Assembly: GCA_003151795.1 (NCBI GenBank)
Contig: PLYL01000024.1
Location: 4,953 to 68,952 of the forward strand
DNA from: Candidatus Yanofskybacteria bacterium
Lineage (GTDB): Bacteria > Patescibacteriota > Minisyncoccia > 2-02-FULL-40-12 > GWA2-44-9
DNA length: 64,000 bases
Direction of reading: 5' to 3'
Positions 33,590-42,394 of this stretch are shown piece after piece. The notes under the pieces are model-generated. The model was not told the origin of the DNA and searched no databases. It saw only the letters and a list, made by a program, of their open reading frames with translations. The position numbers were made by a program, and so were the translations under genes. The first letter of the stretch is position 1, and every line of letters begins with the position of its first letter.

Positions 33590-34723
33590 ATGAAAATAAC
33601 CTCAGACGATATTAAAAATCCAATGGACTTCACAAAGATTAAGAAGTTCAAAAAACCATTAAAGATTTTGGCCATAATAGCCGGCGTGCTTGTTGGCTTT
33701 TATATATCCTTGATAATTATCGGCCTTACCGCCTCCGGCGTCAGCGATTTTTGGAGTAGCATCTATTGGTCGTCATATTTCTGCGGACCGAAGAATATCT
33801 CCGATGCCGCAAACGGTGTTGTGAAAATAACCATGAGTGATGGTAGTAGCGGAAGCGGTTTCTGGATAGCTCAAGATCTAGTTCTTACTAATAACCATGT
33901 CATAAGTTTTGAGAATGGTATTCAGGTTATTGATGATGAAGGTACTACGTATGATGCAGTAGCGGTTCAGACAGACACAATAAAGGACTTGGCTATTTTA
34001 AAGATATCCGCGCTCGATGTGCCCGATCATGAACATTACATTATCCCAATGCGCTCTCGTTGGCCGGTTCTTGCTGAAAACGTCTATACGCTCGGTTTTC
34101 CCGGAGATAGCAAAACCATAGTCACAACAAAAGGTATTGTATCTGCTCTGACCCACACTCCCATTGAAGATACAAAAATAATTCAAACCGACGCCGCTAT
34201 AAATCCCGGTAATTCAGGTGGGCCGTTGGTTGATGTATGCGGTCGAATGGTTGGTATTAATTCTTCAACTGCCACGGGTTCTGAAAATGTCGGATATTCA
34301 ATTGAGACGGTCCGTATCAGTGATACGATCGGTAATATGATTTCTCTAGGCGAGAATATCACCAGTGCCCGGTTGGCTAGCGGTCAGACTGGCGATACAG
34401 CTGAAATCGTCGCGAAATACTACGACGCTTTAAACCAAGGAAATTTTGAAACCGCCTATGATTTCTATTCCCCAACCCTTAAATCTAGAACTCCCTTTAA
34501 TGGTTGGAAGAAAAATTACGACAACAGTTCTATTATTAAAGTTAAGTCTGCCGTGGAAACATCACCAACTCAGGTCGAAGTGGTTGTTGTGACTATTGAT
34601 AACCCGGACGGAGATTCTACCACGAAAGAGTTTAAGGGTACCTGGTCGTTGGTTAATGAAAATGGGGTCTTAAAATTGAACCAATCAAATATCAGCGAAA
34701 TCCCGGTTGAGAATTTTAATTAA
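33590..34723 (+). CDS. Membrane-anchored trypsin-like (S1C) serine protease
   Basis: TM, GSGF, TNNHV, DLA, TDAAINPGNSGGP; NTF2-like C-terminus; start placed at ATG 33590. Confidence 0.85.
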   Translation: MKITSDDIKNPMDFTKIKKFKKPLKILAIIAGVLVGFYISLIIIGLTASGVSDFWSSIYWSSYFCGPKNISDAANGVVKITMSDGSSGSGFWIAQDLVLTNNHVISFENGIQVIDDEGTTYDAVAVQTDTIKDLAILKISALDVPDHEHYIIPMRSRWPVLAENVYTLGFPGDSKTIVTTKGIVSALTHTPIEDTKIIQTDAAINPGNSGGPLVDVCGRMVGINSSTATGSENVGYSIETVRISDTIGNMISLGENITSARLASGQTGDTAEIVAKYYDALNQGNFETAYDFYSPTLKSRTPFNGWKKNYDNSSIIKVKSAVETSPTQVEVVVVTIDNPDGDSTTKEFKGTWSLVNENGVLKLNQSNISEIPVENFN

Positions 34724-34748
34724 TCTGGACCCGGGGTATAATAGTATA

Positions 34749-34919
34749 ATGTTTATTTTTCTTATCGGTTTATTCTGCTTCCTGCTGGTTATAGGATTTT
34801 TTGCCACGAAAGGTCGGTCTCCTTTGTCTTTTGCTGTTATGGGCATGGTCGCCCTGGCGGCTTTGGCTTTCGTAGTATTTATTGGAATGATAATTTATGT
34901 CCTCCTCTCTGCTCATTAA
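34749..34919 (+). CDS. Small two-TM membrane protein
   Basis: Hydrophobic 56 aa ORF, TATAAT just upstream. Confidence 0.5.
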   Translation: MFIFLIGLFCFLLVIGFFATKGRSPLSFAVMGMVALAALAFVVFIGMIIYVLLSAH

Positions 34920-34944
34920 ATAGTGCGTGGCAGTGTAGGATAAG

Positions 34945-34973
34945 TTGAGCACTTAAGGCATCTGTGCTACTAT
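34945..34973 (+). promoter_or_regulatory. Probable promoter of the island tRNA pair
   Basis: TTGAGC-N17-TACTAT with TG extended -10. Confidence 0.5.
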
Positions 34974-35068
34974 GGCCGTAACAATGCAATCCCAATCGTT
35001 TAGACAATAATCCGCCTCAAGAAGAACCATATATTATTTATGGGGCTTCTGGACGGATTTTTGTTTTT

Positions 35069-35139
35069 GCCTTTGTAGCTCATCGATAGAGCACTCCTCT
35101 GAAAAGGGAGAGAAGAAGGTTCAACTCCTTCCAAAGGCA
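35069..35139 (+). tRNA. Atypical tRNA, anticodon GAA (Phe), Arg-like body
   Basis: GCCTTTG/CAAAGGC, GCTC/GAGC, CTCCT-CTGAAAA-GGGAG, GAAGG-TTCAACT-CCTTC; D-loop lacks GG. Confidence 0.7.
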
Positions 35140-35142
35140 CAC

Positions 35143-35215
35143 GCCCTCGTAGCTTAATGGATAAAGTACCTCTGTTCTAATGAGGAAGATGTGGGTTCAA
35201 GTCCTGCCGAGGGCA
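35143..35215 (+). tRNA. tRNA-Arg(TCT), atypical anticodon arm
   Basis: GCCCTCG/CGAGGGC, D-loop AATGGATA (A20), CCTCT-GTTCTAA-TGAGG with T-T mismatch and G32. Confidence 0.75.
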
Positions 35216-35225
35216 CAAAAAGATT

Positions 35226-35663
35226 TCAAATCTCCAAGATCGAAGACTCATCCTGTTTCTGCCATTTATCAAAAGGCGGCGCTACCTTGCAACTAAGTTT
35301 TCTATCTTTCAGTGTCATATCCATCAGCATAGCTGTAACCAGTCCTCGTTTCTCCTCTGTATTAGCCAGACGGAGCGCTACTGCGGGCATGCCCATTAAA
35401 TCTACAATATGTTCTTCTCTGCTTTTCTCTGGTTGCGGCGGCTTTGTAATGTCATAGCCGAGGGCTATGAGGACTTCAAATTTCTTTACTAATAGTTCAG
35501 GGTTTCCTTCTGCAAGACTGCGAGTTTCCTTATACACCCGATCGTATATATGAGATACCGTGGTCATATAGTTCTTGAGCCTCAATTCTGCCTCAAAGAA
35601 CTCCCGATCGGACATATCGGGCATAAGCTCTCGCAACGACTTTTGTGGAGGTTGGTCTTTCAT
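35226..35663 (-). CDS. Hypothetical protein; C-terminus resembles a serine recombinase tail
   Basis: 145 aa ORF ending EEKRGLV..ML....LKDRKL......PF. Confidence 0.55.
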   Translation of the reverse strand: MKDQPPQKSLRELMPDMSDREFFEAELRLKNYMTTVSHIYDRVYKETRSLAEGNPELLVKKFEVLIALGYDITKPPQPEKSREEHIVDLMGMPAVALRLANTEEKRGLVTAMLMDMTLKDRKLSCKVAPPFDKWQKQDESSILEI

Positions 35664-35856
35664 GCCCCTGTTTTAGCAAATTGGATATTTTTGTCCATAG
35701 TATCCATTTCTAGAACTCTCAGAATGTCGCTGTCGGTAACTCAGACTTCGCAAGGCCTTCAACTTAAGTTAGAGTGGACGCCAAGGTCGATAAATGGTAC
35801 AGTTTCCTTACAATTAACCGTTACCTAACCCCATCAATATCCTTGCTGGGCATGGT

Positions 35857-35963
35857 ACAAAAACCCCGATGAAGACACTGAACCCCGCGTTCAGCAACTC
35901 TTCATCGGGTCATACCGGGAAACTGGTATGGGGCCGCAAGGCCTAGCTAATGCGGGGTTTTGT
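35857..35963 (+). ncRNA. Candidate structured RNA
   Basis: cccgatgaaga/tcttcatcggg, ctgaac/gttcag, cataccgg-GAAA-ctggtatg, ggcc-GCAA-ggcc; competing pairing with gcggggtttt. Confidence 0.5.
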
Positions 35964-35991
35964 GTTTTCGCAAATCCTCGCTATATGAAAA

Positions 35992-36900
35992 ATGGAACAA
36001 GCAAAAAATTGGTGGAGTCGTTATTGGGTACCGGTGGTATTTTTTGGCACAATCATATTATTTATCATCGGTATTGCTGAAAATTCGGGGAACTCATCCA
36101 GTAGTAATATACCCGTTGCCGTCACCCCGCCGTCAGTATGTTCAGAATCTGAATCCAACGTTTTACAGCAAGCCAAGGCAATAGATTTCAAACAGCTTAA
36201 TAAAGACCCAGGTAGTTTTAGTGGACAAGTTACAAAATTTACTGGTCAAGTGGTACAGGTTCAAGAAAATGGTCAGATAGGTGTCATGCGGTTGGCCGTT
36301 ACCAAAGAATCATATGGTTGGAGCCCGAGCGATATTATTTGGGTTGATTATTCTGGTCACAGTGATGCAGTACAAGACGATGTTGTTACGGTAATTGGTC
36401 CTATGACCGGGTCAAAGACTTATACTTCGCAAGCTAATTATCAGATCACCATTCCCAGCATGACCGGTTGCTATATTGACACCCAGAATGGTAAGGCAAC
36501 CACTACTCCAGTAGTAACTCAAAAAAGCAGTTCAAAAAACCAATCTGTTCCAGCTCCGGTATCAGCCTCAGTTCCGACTCCAACTCCAGTACCCGCACCT
36601 CCGGCGACATGGCACACGGTAACGAGTTTTGTAACAGATGTTCAAACTAAGACACCGCCATTCACTATGAGAGGTCAAGAATGGAGAATTACCTATAGTT
36701 GTACATCAACCCAAAGCGTTAATGGATTTTATGGATATGTCGATTCAGTCGCTACTGGATATGGAGATTCTTTTGCAACAGATGTCACCTGTCCGGCTAG
36801 TAATACTTCCTATTCATATGCCCAAACTCCGGGTCAATACTATTTTGACCTTGAACCAGTAGCCGCCTCGGTTACGGTAACTATTGAAGATCTATATTAA
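35992..36900 (+). CDS. Membrane-anchored surface protein (OB-fold-like domain, Pro-rich linker)
   Basis: N-terminal TM, KFTGQVVQV, DDVVTV.G...G...Y, PTPTPVPAPP. Confidence 0.65.
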   Translation: MEQAKNWWSRYWVPVVFFGTIILFIIGIAENSGNSSSSNIPVAVTPPSVCSESESNVLQQAKAIDFKQLNKDPGSFSGQVTKFTGQVVQVQENGQIGVMRLAVTKESYGWSPSDIIWVDYSGHSDAVQDDVVTVIGPMTGSKTYTSQANYQITIPSMTGCYIDTQNGKATTTPVVTQKSSSKNQSVPAPVSASVPTPTPVPAPPATWHTVTSFVTDVQTKTPPFTMRGQEWRITYSCTSTQSVNGFYGYVDSVATGYGDSFATDVTCPASNTSYSYAQTPGQYYFDLEPVAASVTVTIEDLY

Positions 36901-36950
36901 AAAAATAAGATTCGAGATGAAATCTATTTTCTAAGTCAATTCTGAATCTT

Positions 36951-38693
36951 TCACCATCTGCCGCCACTCCCACCGCCTCGCTTATATGGCGCCATCATTT
37001 GACTGAAGTTAGACCGCTCGTATTCACTTTCCAACTGCTGGCCCAAATCGGCTTCTTTCTCGTTTTTTGGTCCCGAGGCCAAAGGGGTATATGTCTTGGA
37101 TGGCACGATTATACGGTTAGCTACATTGTCCCGCCCTTCAGAGAAGGCAAACCAGAGGGCCATAAGACTGTCACCGGTATGCCCATCCGGATATGCCCTC
37201 ATCTCATTCACTAGCTTAGTGATTAATTGTCTCGTTCTCATATCATTGCTATTCGGTAAAACAAGCTTGCCTTGGGAGAGCAAGACGGCCAAGCTATTCA
37301 CTCCGATGTCAGGGTCGTTCTTCTCACCGCCGGTCGTATAGCTGGTAACCGAAATACCCATATCGTCCAGGTCACGGCACATCATTTCCTGGTAACCGAC
37401 AGACTCCACACGGATGCCAATCGGTTTGACGGTCTCATCGTGTTTCAGGACGCGTTCTCGTACCTCATTGGGTAGAAACTTACCGCGCTCGATATTACGG
37501 ATGACATAATCTCCAGGGTTGATCTCACCATTACCAGTCCGTACTCGATCGAGACTGAGAATAACGGTGTCATCGGCCCAGGCCTTTTGAGAGATGGCTA
37601 AGTCTATGCCAGTAACGGTGTATTCACATTCATACTCTTTGCGTGGTTCATCTTGCAACATCAGATCCTTGCCTTTTTGAAGCGCCTTTTCGATTTCACT
37701 TTCCAAAAATTTCTGATTCGGCCGGATTGAGGGGTCGCATTGATACATACGAGCGAATGAGTACGGATTGCCGACTCGCTTCAAATATAAGTCTTGATAC
37801 GAGAACATTTCCGGCCACAAAACTTCGACGCCTTCATCCATTTCCTTCTTGTGTCCCGTATAAAACGCCATCGCTTGTACACTTTTTTCCTCTGGTGTCA
37901 GTGTCTCGTCAAGATGGATGCCGGCCCATTGTTCCCAAAGATCCTGCCGACTGGCTTCACGCGTAATCGCCGATAGGCGCTTGCGAACGTCAAACTGGGG
38001 ATCTTTAAGCAGATTACTGATCAAATCATCCATGTGCCACGTGTTACCGAGGTATATCAACTTGCCACCGGGTACGAGTACCGGCATCAGGGTCGTATAT
38101 ACCCAATCCTTGATTTTTTGCCGCTGTTCCTCGGTGGTCGAGTTTTCCTGATTCACTAAATCGTCCATGACGATGATGTCAGCCCGGCGTGATAAGATGG
38201 AGCCGAACAGCCCGACGGCATTAATGGTCGGGTCTTTGAGGGCAAAGTTATCACGCTCAATGACGATTGAATCTCGAGCCCAATTCTCTTCGCGTCGCTG
38301 ATACCGGCGAAGTCTGGGCATCACGCCTTTACCGGTTGGATCAATAGCCTTGGCCCAGACTTGGTATTTTTTATTGCGCTCGATGTGGCTGATCGTTTCC
38401 GACAAAAATCTTTGGGCCATCTCGGCAGTGCCGGAGACCAAGAGGATGCGGACATTATGGTTTTTGGCAATCTCCCATAATGGATAGGCCACAGAGAGAT
38501 GGGTAGACTTGCCATGGCCGCGCGGCATGGCGATGCAGAGCTTTTTATTAATCTTGTTTGATAAATAATCGTCCAGCTCGTTGTGAAACGGAGCGTTTTC
38601 TAGCCCGATAACTTCCGAAGTAAAAATTCGGAAGTTATCGGCTACGAGTTGCAAAAACTCGGCTAACTTTTTGATGTCTTTAGGGTTGCTCAT
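36951..38693 (-). CDS. Phage terminase large subunit
   Basis: PRGHGKST Walker A, IIVMDD Walker B, GIDLA nuclease motif; start placed at ATG 38693. Confidence 0.85.
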   Translation of the reverse strand: MSNPKDIKKLAEFLQLVADNFRIFTSEVIGLENAPFHNELDDYLSNKINKKLCIAMPRGHGKSTHLSVAYPLWEIAKNHNVRILLVSGTAEMAQRFLSETISHIERNKKYQVWAKAIDPTGKGVMPRLRRYQRREENWARDSIVIERDNFALKDPTINAVGLFGSILSRRADIIVMDDLVNQENSTTEEQRQKIKDWVYTTLMPVLVPGGKLIYLGNTWHMDDLISNLLKDPQFDVRKRLSAITREASRQDLWEQWAGIHLDETLTPEEKSVQAMAFYTGHKKEMDEGVEVLWPEMFSYQDLYLKRVGNPYSFARMYQCDPSIRPNQKFLESEIEKALQKGKDLMLQDEPRKEYECEYTVTGIDLAISQKAWADDTVILSLDRVRTGNGEINPGDYVIRNIERGKFLPNEVRERVLKHDETVKPIGIRVESVGYQEMMCRDLDDMGISVTSYTTGGEKNDPDIGVNSLAVLLSQGKLVLPNSNDMRTRQLITKLVNEMRAYPDGHTGDSLMALWFAFSEGRDNVANRIIVPSKTYTPLASGPKNEKEADLGQQLESEYERSNFSQMMAPYKRGGGSGGRW

Positions 38694-39093
38694 GTTCGTT
38701 TGACGTGTCCGGTTCAAGCAGTTTTTCCGTGTCTGGCTTCAATTTCCCAAAGAGTTCAACATAAAGGTTATTGTCCTCATCTTGAGCAATGGTCAGCGCG
38801 GACTGGAAAACCTTTTGCTTGTAATCCGAATGTTTATTTTTCAGCCAAAAAATTATGGCCGTGAGGTTGCCGTTTTTGATTGCGGTCAACAACTGCGATT
38901 CCGAGATGTCATTTACTAGTGCCTCTCCTTCAGTCAATGCTTGGTCGGCCGCTTTTCGGAATTCGACATCCTCTGACTTCCATCGGTAAAAGGTCATGCG
39001 GGATATCTCGGCCTTCTGACACGCCGCTTCAATAATCGGCGATTTTCGTAGCTGGTCTAAAATAATCTGCTTGATTCGGTCTACTTTTTTCAT
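38680..39093 (-). CDS. HTH protein, probable terminase small subunit
   Basis: ACQKA.ISR.TFYRW...D..F, AIIFWLK; directly upstream of terL. Confidence 0.7.
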   Translation of the reverse strand: MKKVDRIKQIILDQLRKSPIIEAACQKAEISRMTFYRWKSEDVEFRKAADQALTEGEALVNDISESQLLTAIKNGNLTAIIFWLKNKHSDYKQKVFQSALTIAQDEDNNLYVELFGKLKPDTEKLLEPDTSNEHEQP

Positions 39094-39872
39094 AGTTGTT
39101 TGGCCTTAAGGCCGGTTAGCTCTTCCCAGCGGCGAATCGCGGTCAGGCAATATTCCAAATCAAGTTCAACCGCACAACAGCGGCGTTTCGTTTGCTCACA
39201 AGCCAAGAGGGCGGTGCCGCTACCAAGGAAGCCGTCAAATACGACCTCGCTGATGTTCGTACTATTAAGTATGAGTCGCCGAATCAGTCCGATCGGTTTA
39301 GTGGTTGGGTGGAGCTTGCTTTTGGCGGGTTTGGGATAGAACAAAACCGACTTGTCTTTTGACCGTCGGAATTGATGGACGCCGAACCAGCCGTAGAGAA
39401 TCAGCTCGTGCATCGGTGCGTAATCGAGACGACCGATGACGGCTTGGGACTTCACCCACACGATTAGTTGAGCAACCTTGAATCCGGCGTCAATCATGCC
39501 GTCCCGCAACGACCAAATCATTTTGTCAGCGTTGAACACGTAGGTGGCGTTGTGACGGGAAAGATGAGGTGCAATCGCTTCAAGCCATTGGCGATTGAAT
39601 GTCCGATATTCATCATCAGATTGAATCTGGTCGTTAGCGATGATTTTGTCTTTCACCAACGGTTGGAACCCGCGCTTACTTTCCACGACACCGATGCCGT
39701 AGGGAATGTCGCAACAAATAAGATTTATTTTCTCCTGACCGATCAATCGTGACAGCAGTTCTTTGTCTCTCGCATCGCCATACGCCAGGCGATGTTCCCC
39801 AAGTTGCCAGATGGTGCCAAGATTAATTGATTTTTCGGGCTTTGATGCCGGTGGCTTTTTCATATCTCGCAA
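39090..39872 (-). CDS. DNA methyltransferase (N4/N6, phage type)
   Basis: DIPYG, HPTTKP, DGFLGSGT. Confidence 0.88.
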   Translation of the reverse strand: MRDMKKPPASKPEKSINLGTIWQLGEHRLAYGDARDKELLSRLIGQEKINLICCDIPYGIGVVESKRGFQPLVKDKIIANDQIQSDDEYRTFNRQWLEAIAPHLSRHNATYVFNADKMIWSLRDGMIDAGFKVAQLIVWVKSQAVIGRLDYAPMHELILYGWFGVHQFRRSKDKSVLFYPKPAKSKLHPTTKPIGLIRRLILNSTNISEVVFDGFLGSGTALLACEQTKRRCCAVELDLEYCLTAIRRWEELTGLKAKQL

Positions 39873-41103
39873 TTATTAGGTCTATAAATATTGGTTCAAT
39901 CTCAGCCATGAAACAGACTCGTTTCATGGCATCGGCGGCCAGAAGCGTCGACCCGCTCCCGCCGAACAAATCCAAAATGGTGCCTCCCGGTCTGGTGCAT
40001 CGTTTAATCGGTCGCTCATGCAAATTCAAGGGCTTCTGCGTCGGGTGCTCGTACTCTTGTCCTGGCACTCTTTTCGCAAGCCACACGTCGATTAAATCCA
40101 TTACATCATCGAGGAGTTTGTTGCCCGATGGCCCCAGCTCTTTATTGAGCACTTCGCCGAAATTAAGCGACACCGGCGACAGATACGGCTTGCCACGAGT
40201 GGCGTAAACAACCGGCTCGTAACACTTCCCAAAAGCGACGGTCGGCACGGGATTGGCGGGGCCCTTAATCCAAAGACAGACGCGTCGATTATCCAAGCCA
40301 AGTTCTGAAAATAAACTTTGAATCAAGCCGATATATTTTTGGTCAGACCAATAAAATATGTGAGCGTCCGGCTTCGTCACCGAGAGAGCGTTTTCCATGG
40401 AACGTTTCAGAAATGTCCGATATTCGTCATCCGGTTTCAAATCTTGCACCGTGCCACCATATGATGCCTTGCCTCCAACCCCGGCGTTGTAGTCCAAAGA
40501 AATATTGTAGATCGGGTCGCAGTAGACCATATCAATCTTGGCATCGCCGACGAGTTTTTTAACGGTTGCCAGGTCGAGTGAGTCCGAGCAAATTAATCGG
40601 TGTGGCCCAAGCGCATAGAGATCCCCGAGCTTAGCTTTTGGTTTCTTAATCTTTTTCAGCTCGGCTTCTTCGTCCCACCCATCATTGGAAACTTCAAGCG
40701 AATCAGCAAAGATGACTGATAAGTCATTATCGTCGAACCCCGATACGAGCATGGTTTCAATATCAAAGTATTCCGAAAGCATGTCGTAGTTCCAATCCGC
40801 ATGTATACGATTCGAGGCCAGCAAATAGCTTTTATATTCCTCCTCCGTTAACGGCCGATTCGGGACGCGACAGTCGATCAGGTCGTTGCCGTTGCCCAAC
40901 AATTGAAGGGCGGCCACTCTTTGGTGACCGGCCAATATTTTCCCGTCCTGGGTCACCGCAGGTATTTCCACGAGGCCGTAACGTTTGAGCGACTGGAGGA
41001 GGTCGTTGCGTTGTTTCTCGGATAATGTTCTGGGATTTTGTTTGAACGGGAGCAGATCTTTGACCCTGCGCTGTTCCGTGTGCCATTGAAGCTGTTTTGC
41101 CAT
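39823..41103 (-). CDS. ParB-like N-domain DNA methyltransferase
   Basis: NPR...AGHQR ParB motif, DPIYN, HPTQKP, DLFGGSGST. Confidence 0.88.
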   Translation of the reverse strand: MAKQLQWHTEQRRVKDLLPFKQNPRTLSEKQRNDLLQSLKRYGLVEIPAVTQDGKILAGHQRVAALQLLGNGNDLIDCRVPNRPLTEEEYKSYLLASNRIHADWNYDMLSEYFDIETMLVSGFDDNDLSVIFADSLEVSNDGWDEEAELKKIKKPKAKLGDLYALGPHRLICSDSLDLATVKKLVGDAKIDMVYCDPIYNISLDYNAGVGGKASYGGTVQDLKPDDEYRTFLKRSMENALSVTKPDAHIFYWSDQKYIGLIQSLFSELGLDNRRVCLWIKGPANPVPTVAFGKCYEPVVYATRGKPYLSPVSLNFGEVLNKELGPSGNKLLDDVMDLIDVWLAKRVPGQEYEHPTQKPLNLHERPIKRCTRPGGTILDLFGGSGSTLLAADAMKRVCFMAEIEPIFIDLIIARYEKATGIKARKIN

Positions 41104-41181
41104 ATGTTTTTATTAATGAGGGCCGTGTTTTAACCCTTCCCTCACTCTTTAGGGTTCGAGAATGGCAAAACGGGACATCAA

Positions 41182-41201
41182 AAAGCCCCGAGCGGGGCTT
41201 T
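41182..41201. terminator. Terminator-like hairpin
   Basis: aaagccccg-ag-cggggcttt. Confidence 0.6.
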
Positions 41202-41219
41202 AAACTTTGAGTCTAAAGT

Positions 41220-42074
41220 CTAGTCGGCCAAGGGGTTATATGGCATCTTGGCTCGTATCTTTTTAAGAGCTCTGTTCTTGGCACGCCGATTGGTATCGCT
41301 TGACGATGTGCCAGACTGGCACCATTCCTCAACGGCCGCTTTCTCCCGAGGTGGCAACTTACCGACAATGGCTTTTACTTGATCAACTTCACGCTGACGA
41401 TCCATGTCTTCTAAAAATCGGGTGGACGTTTTGTCGGGGAACACGTCTCTAAAAAGCAGATCGGACCCGGACATTTTTTGGTCATAGCTGAGATCCCGAT
41501 CCTGTTTTTTTCGTTGCCAATCGATTTTCCCAAGGAGGTGGCAATAAAATTTAGTAGCGGTGTCGGCATTGATGGTAGTTTGTTCAATGATCTCTTCAAT
41601 ACTTGAGGTGTAGTCTTGGTCCGAGGATTCCATTATTTTTTCTAAATCTTTTCTAAAAAATTCCCGCTTGTCGCAAAGAAATATTTCCGACAAAAGAGCC
41701 TCTTTCGGTCGGGCGCCCGAAACACGCGCCGTGTCATACCCCAATTTTTTGTCCTTCCATAGTGTTGCCAAAAACTCGCTCAGTCGGGCGATGATTTCCG
41801 GTGACGGCGCCGAGTAGAAGATCGGTGGCGTAGTCATAATGTTGACCGCCAAGATCGGCAACATATAGCATTCACGAAAATACTCATAATCTTTGGCCGG
41901 TGGTTCCCATTCAAACCGATTGATGCGGTTGATTATGGCTTCAATGTACACGCGACAGACAGATTCGTCAGTCGGGATGCTCGCATAGAGTGAGTCTTCA
42001 TTCTGTAGCTCAACTTCAATTTCGATACTGGCGAGGTGTTGATACGCCTGTTCTTTTGCCATGATATTATCCAT
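41220..42074 (-). CDS. Hypothetical protein with sigma region 4-like C-terminus
   Basis: LPPREK.AV ... RALKKIR. Confidence 0.5.
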   Translation of the reverse strand: MDNIMAKEQAYQHLASIEIEVELQNEDSLYASIPTDESVCRVYIEAIINRINRFEWEPPAKDYEYFRECYMLPILAVNIMTTPPIFYSAPSPEIIARLSEFLATLWKDKKLGYDTARVSGARPKEALLSEIFLCDKREFFRKDLEKIMESSDQDYTSSIEEIIEQTTINADTATKFYCHLLGKIDWQRKKQDRDLSYDQKMSGSDLLFRDVFPDKTSTRFLEDMDRQREVDQVKAIVGKLPPREKAAVEEWCQSGTSSSDTNRRAKNRALKKIRAKMPYNPLAD

Positions 42075-42191
42075 ACATTTTGATATCCGTCTTAGCGTGA
42101 ATACCGGTTAGTTGATAATTGGGCAGAATGCCCCCATATCTACATTATACAGAATTATTTGCATTATTGACCCCCCGGTGACTGGGCTGTC

Positions 42192-42323
42192 CAAAAATGT
42201 TACAATACTCCCAAATTGTTACCGGAGTATATGTGATCAAAAACCATTGATTTACCTGTATTACTTGCTCAAAGTGTTACATGCCCCAAAAGTTCATAAA
42301 AGTGTAACTTTGTAACATTTTTG
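42192..42323. repeat. 14-bp inverted repeat and TGTTAC motif cluster near the island 1 right end
   Basis: caaaaatgttacaa (42192) / ttgtaacatttttg (42310). Confidence 0.65.
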
Positions 42324-42394
42324 TTTTCTAGACCCTAGACCCGAGTGCCTCAAAAACCGCCCTGTTCAGACCATCCAGAAACCCTTATACTGCC

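Noticed and set aside
35143-35215. Amber suppressor reading (CTA) of the second island tRNA
   Set aside because: The CCTC/GAGG stem centres TCT, and A20 fits Arg; CTA needs an off-centre loop.
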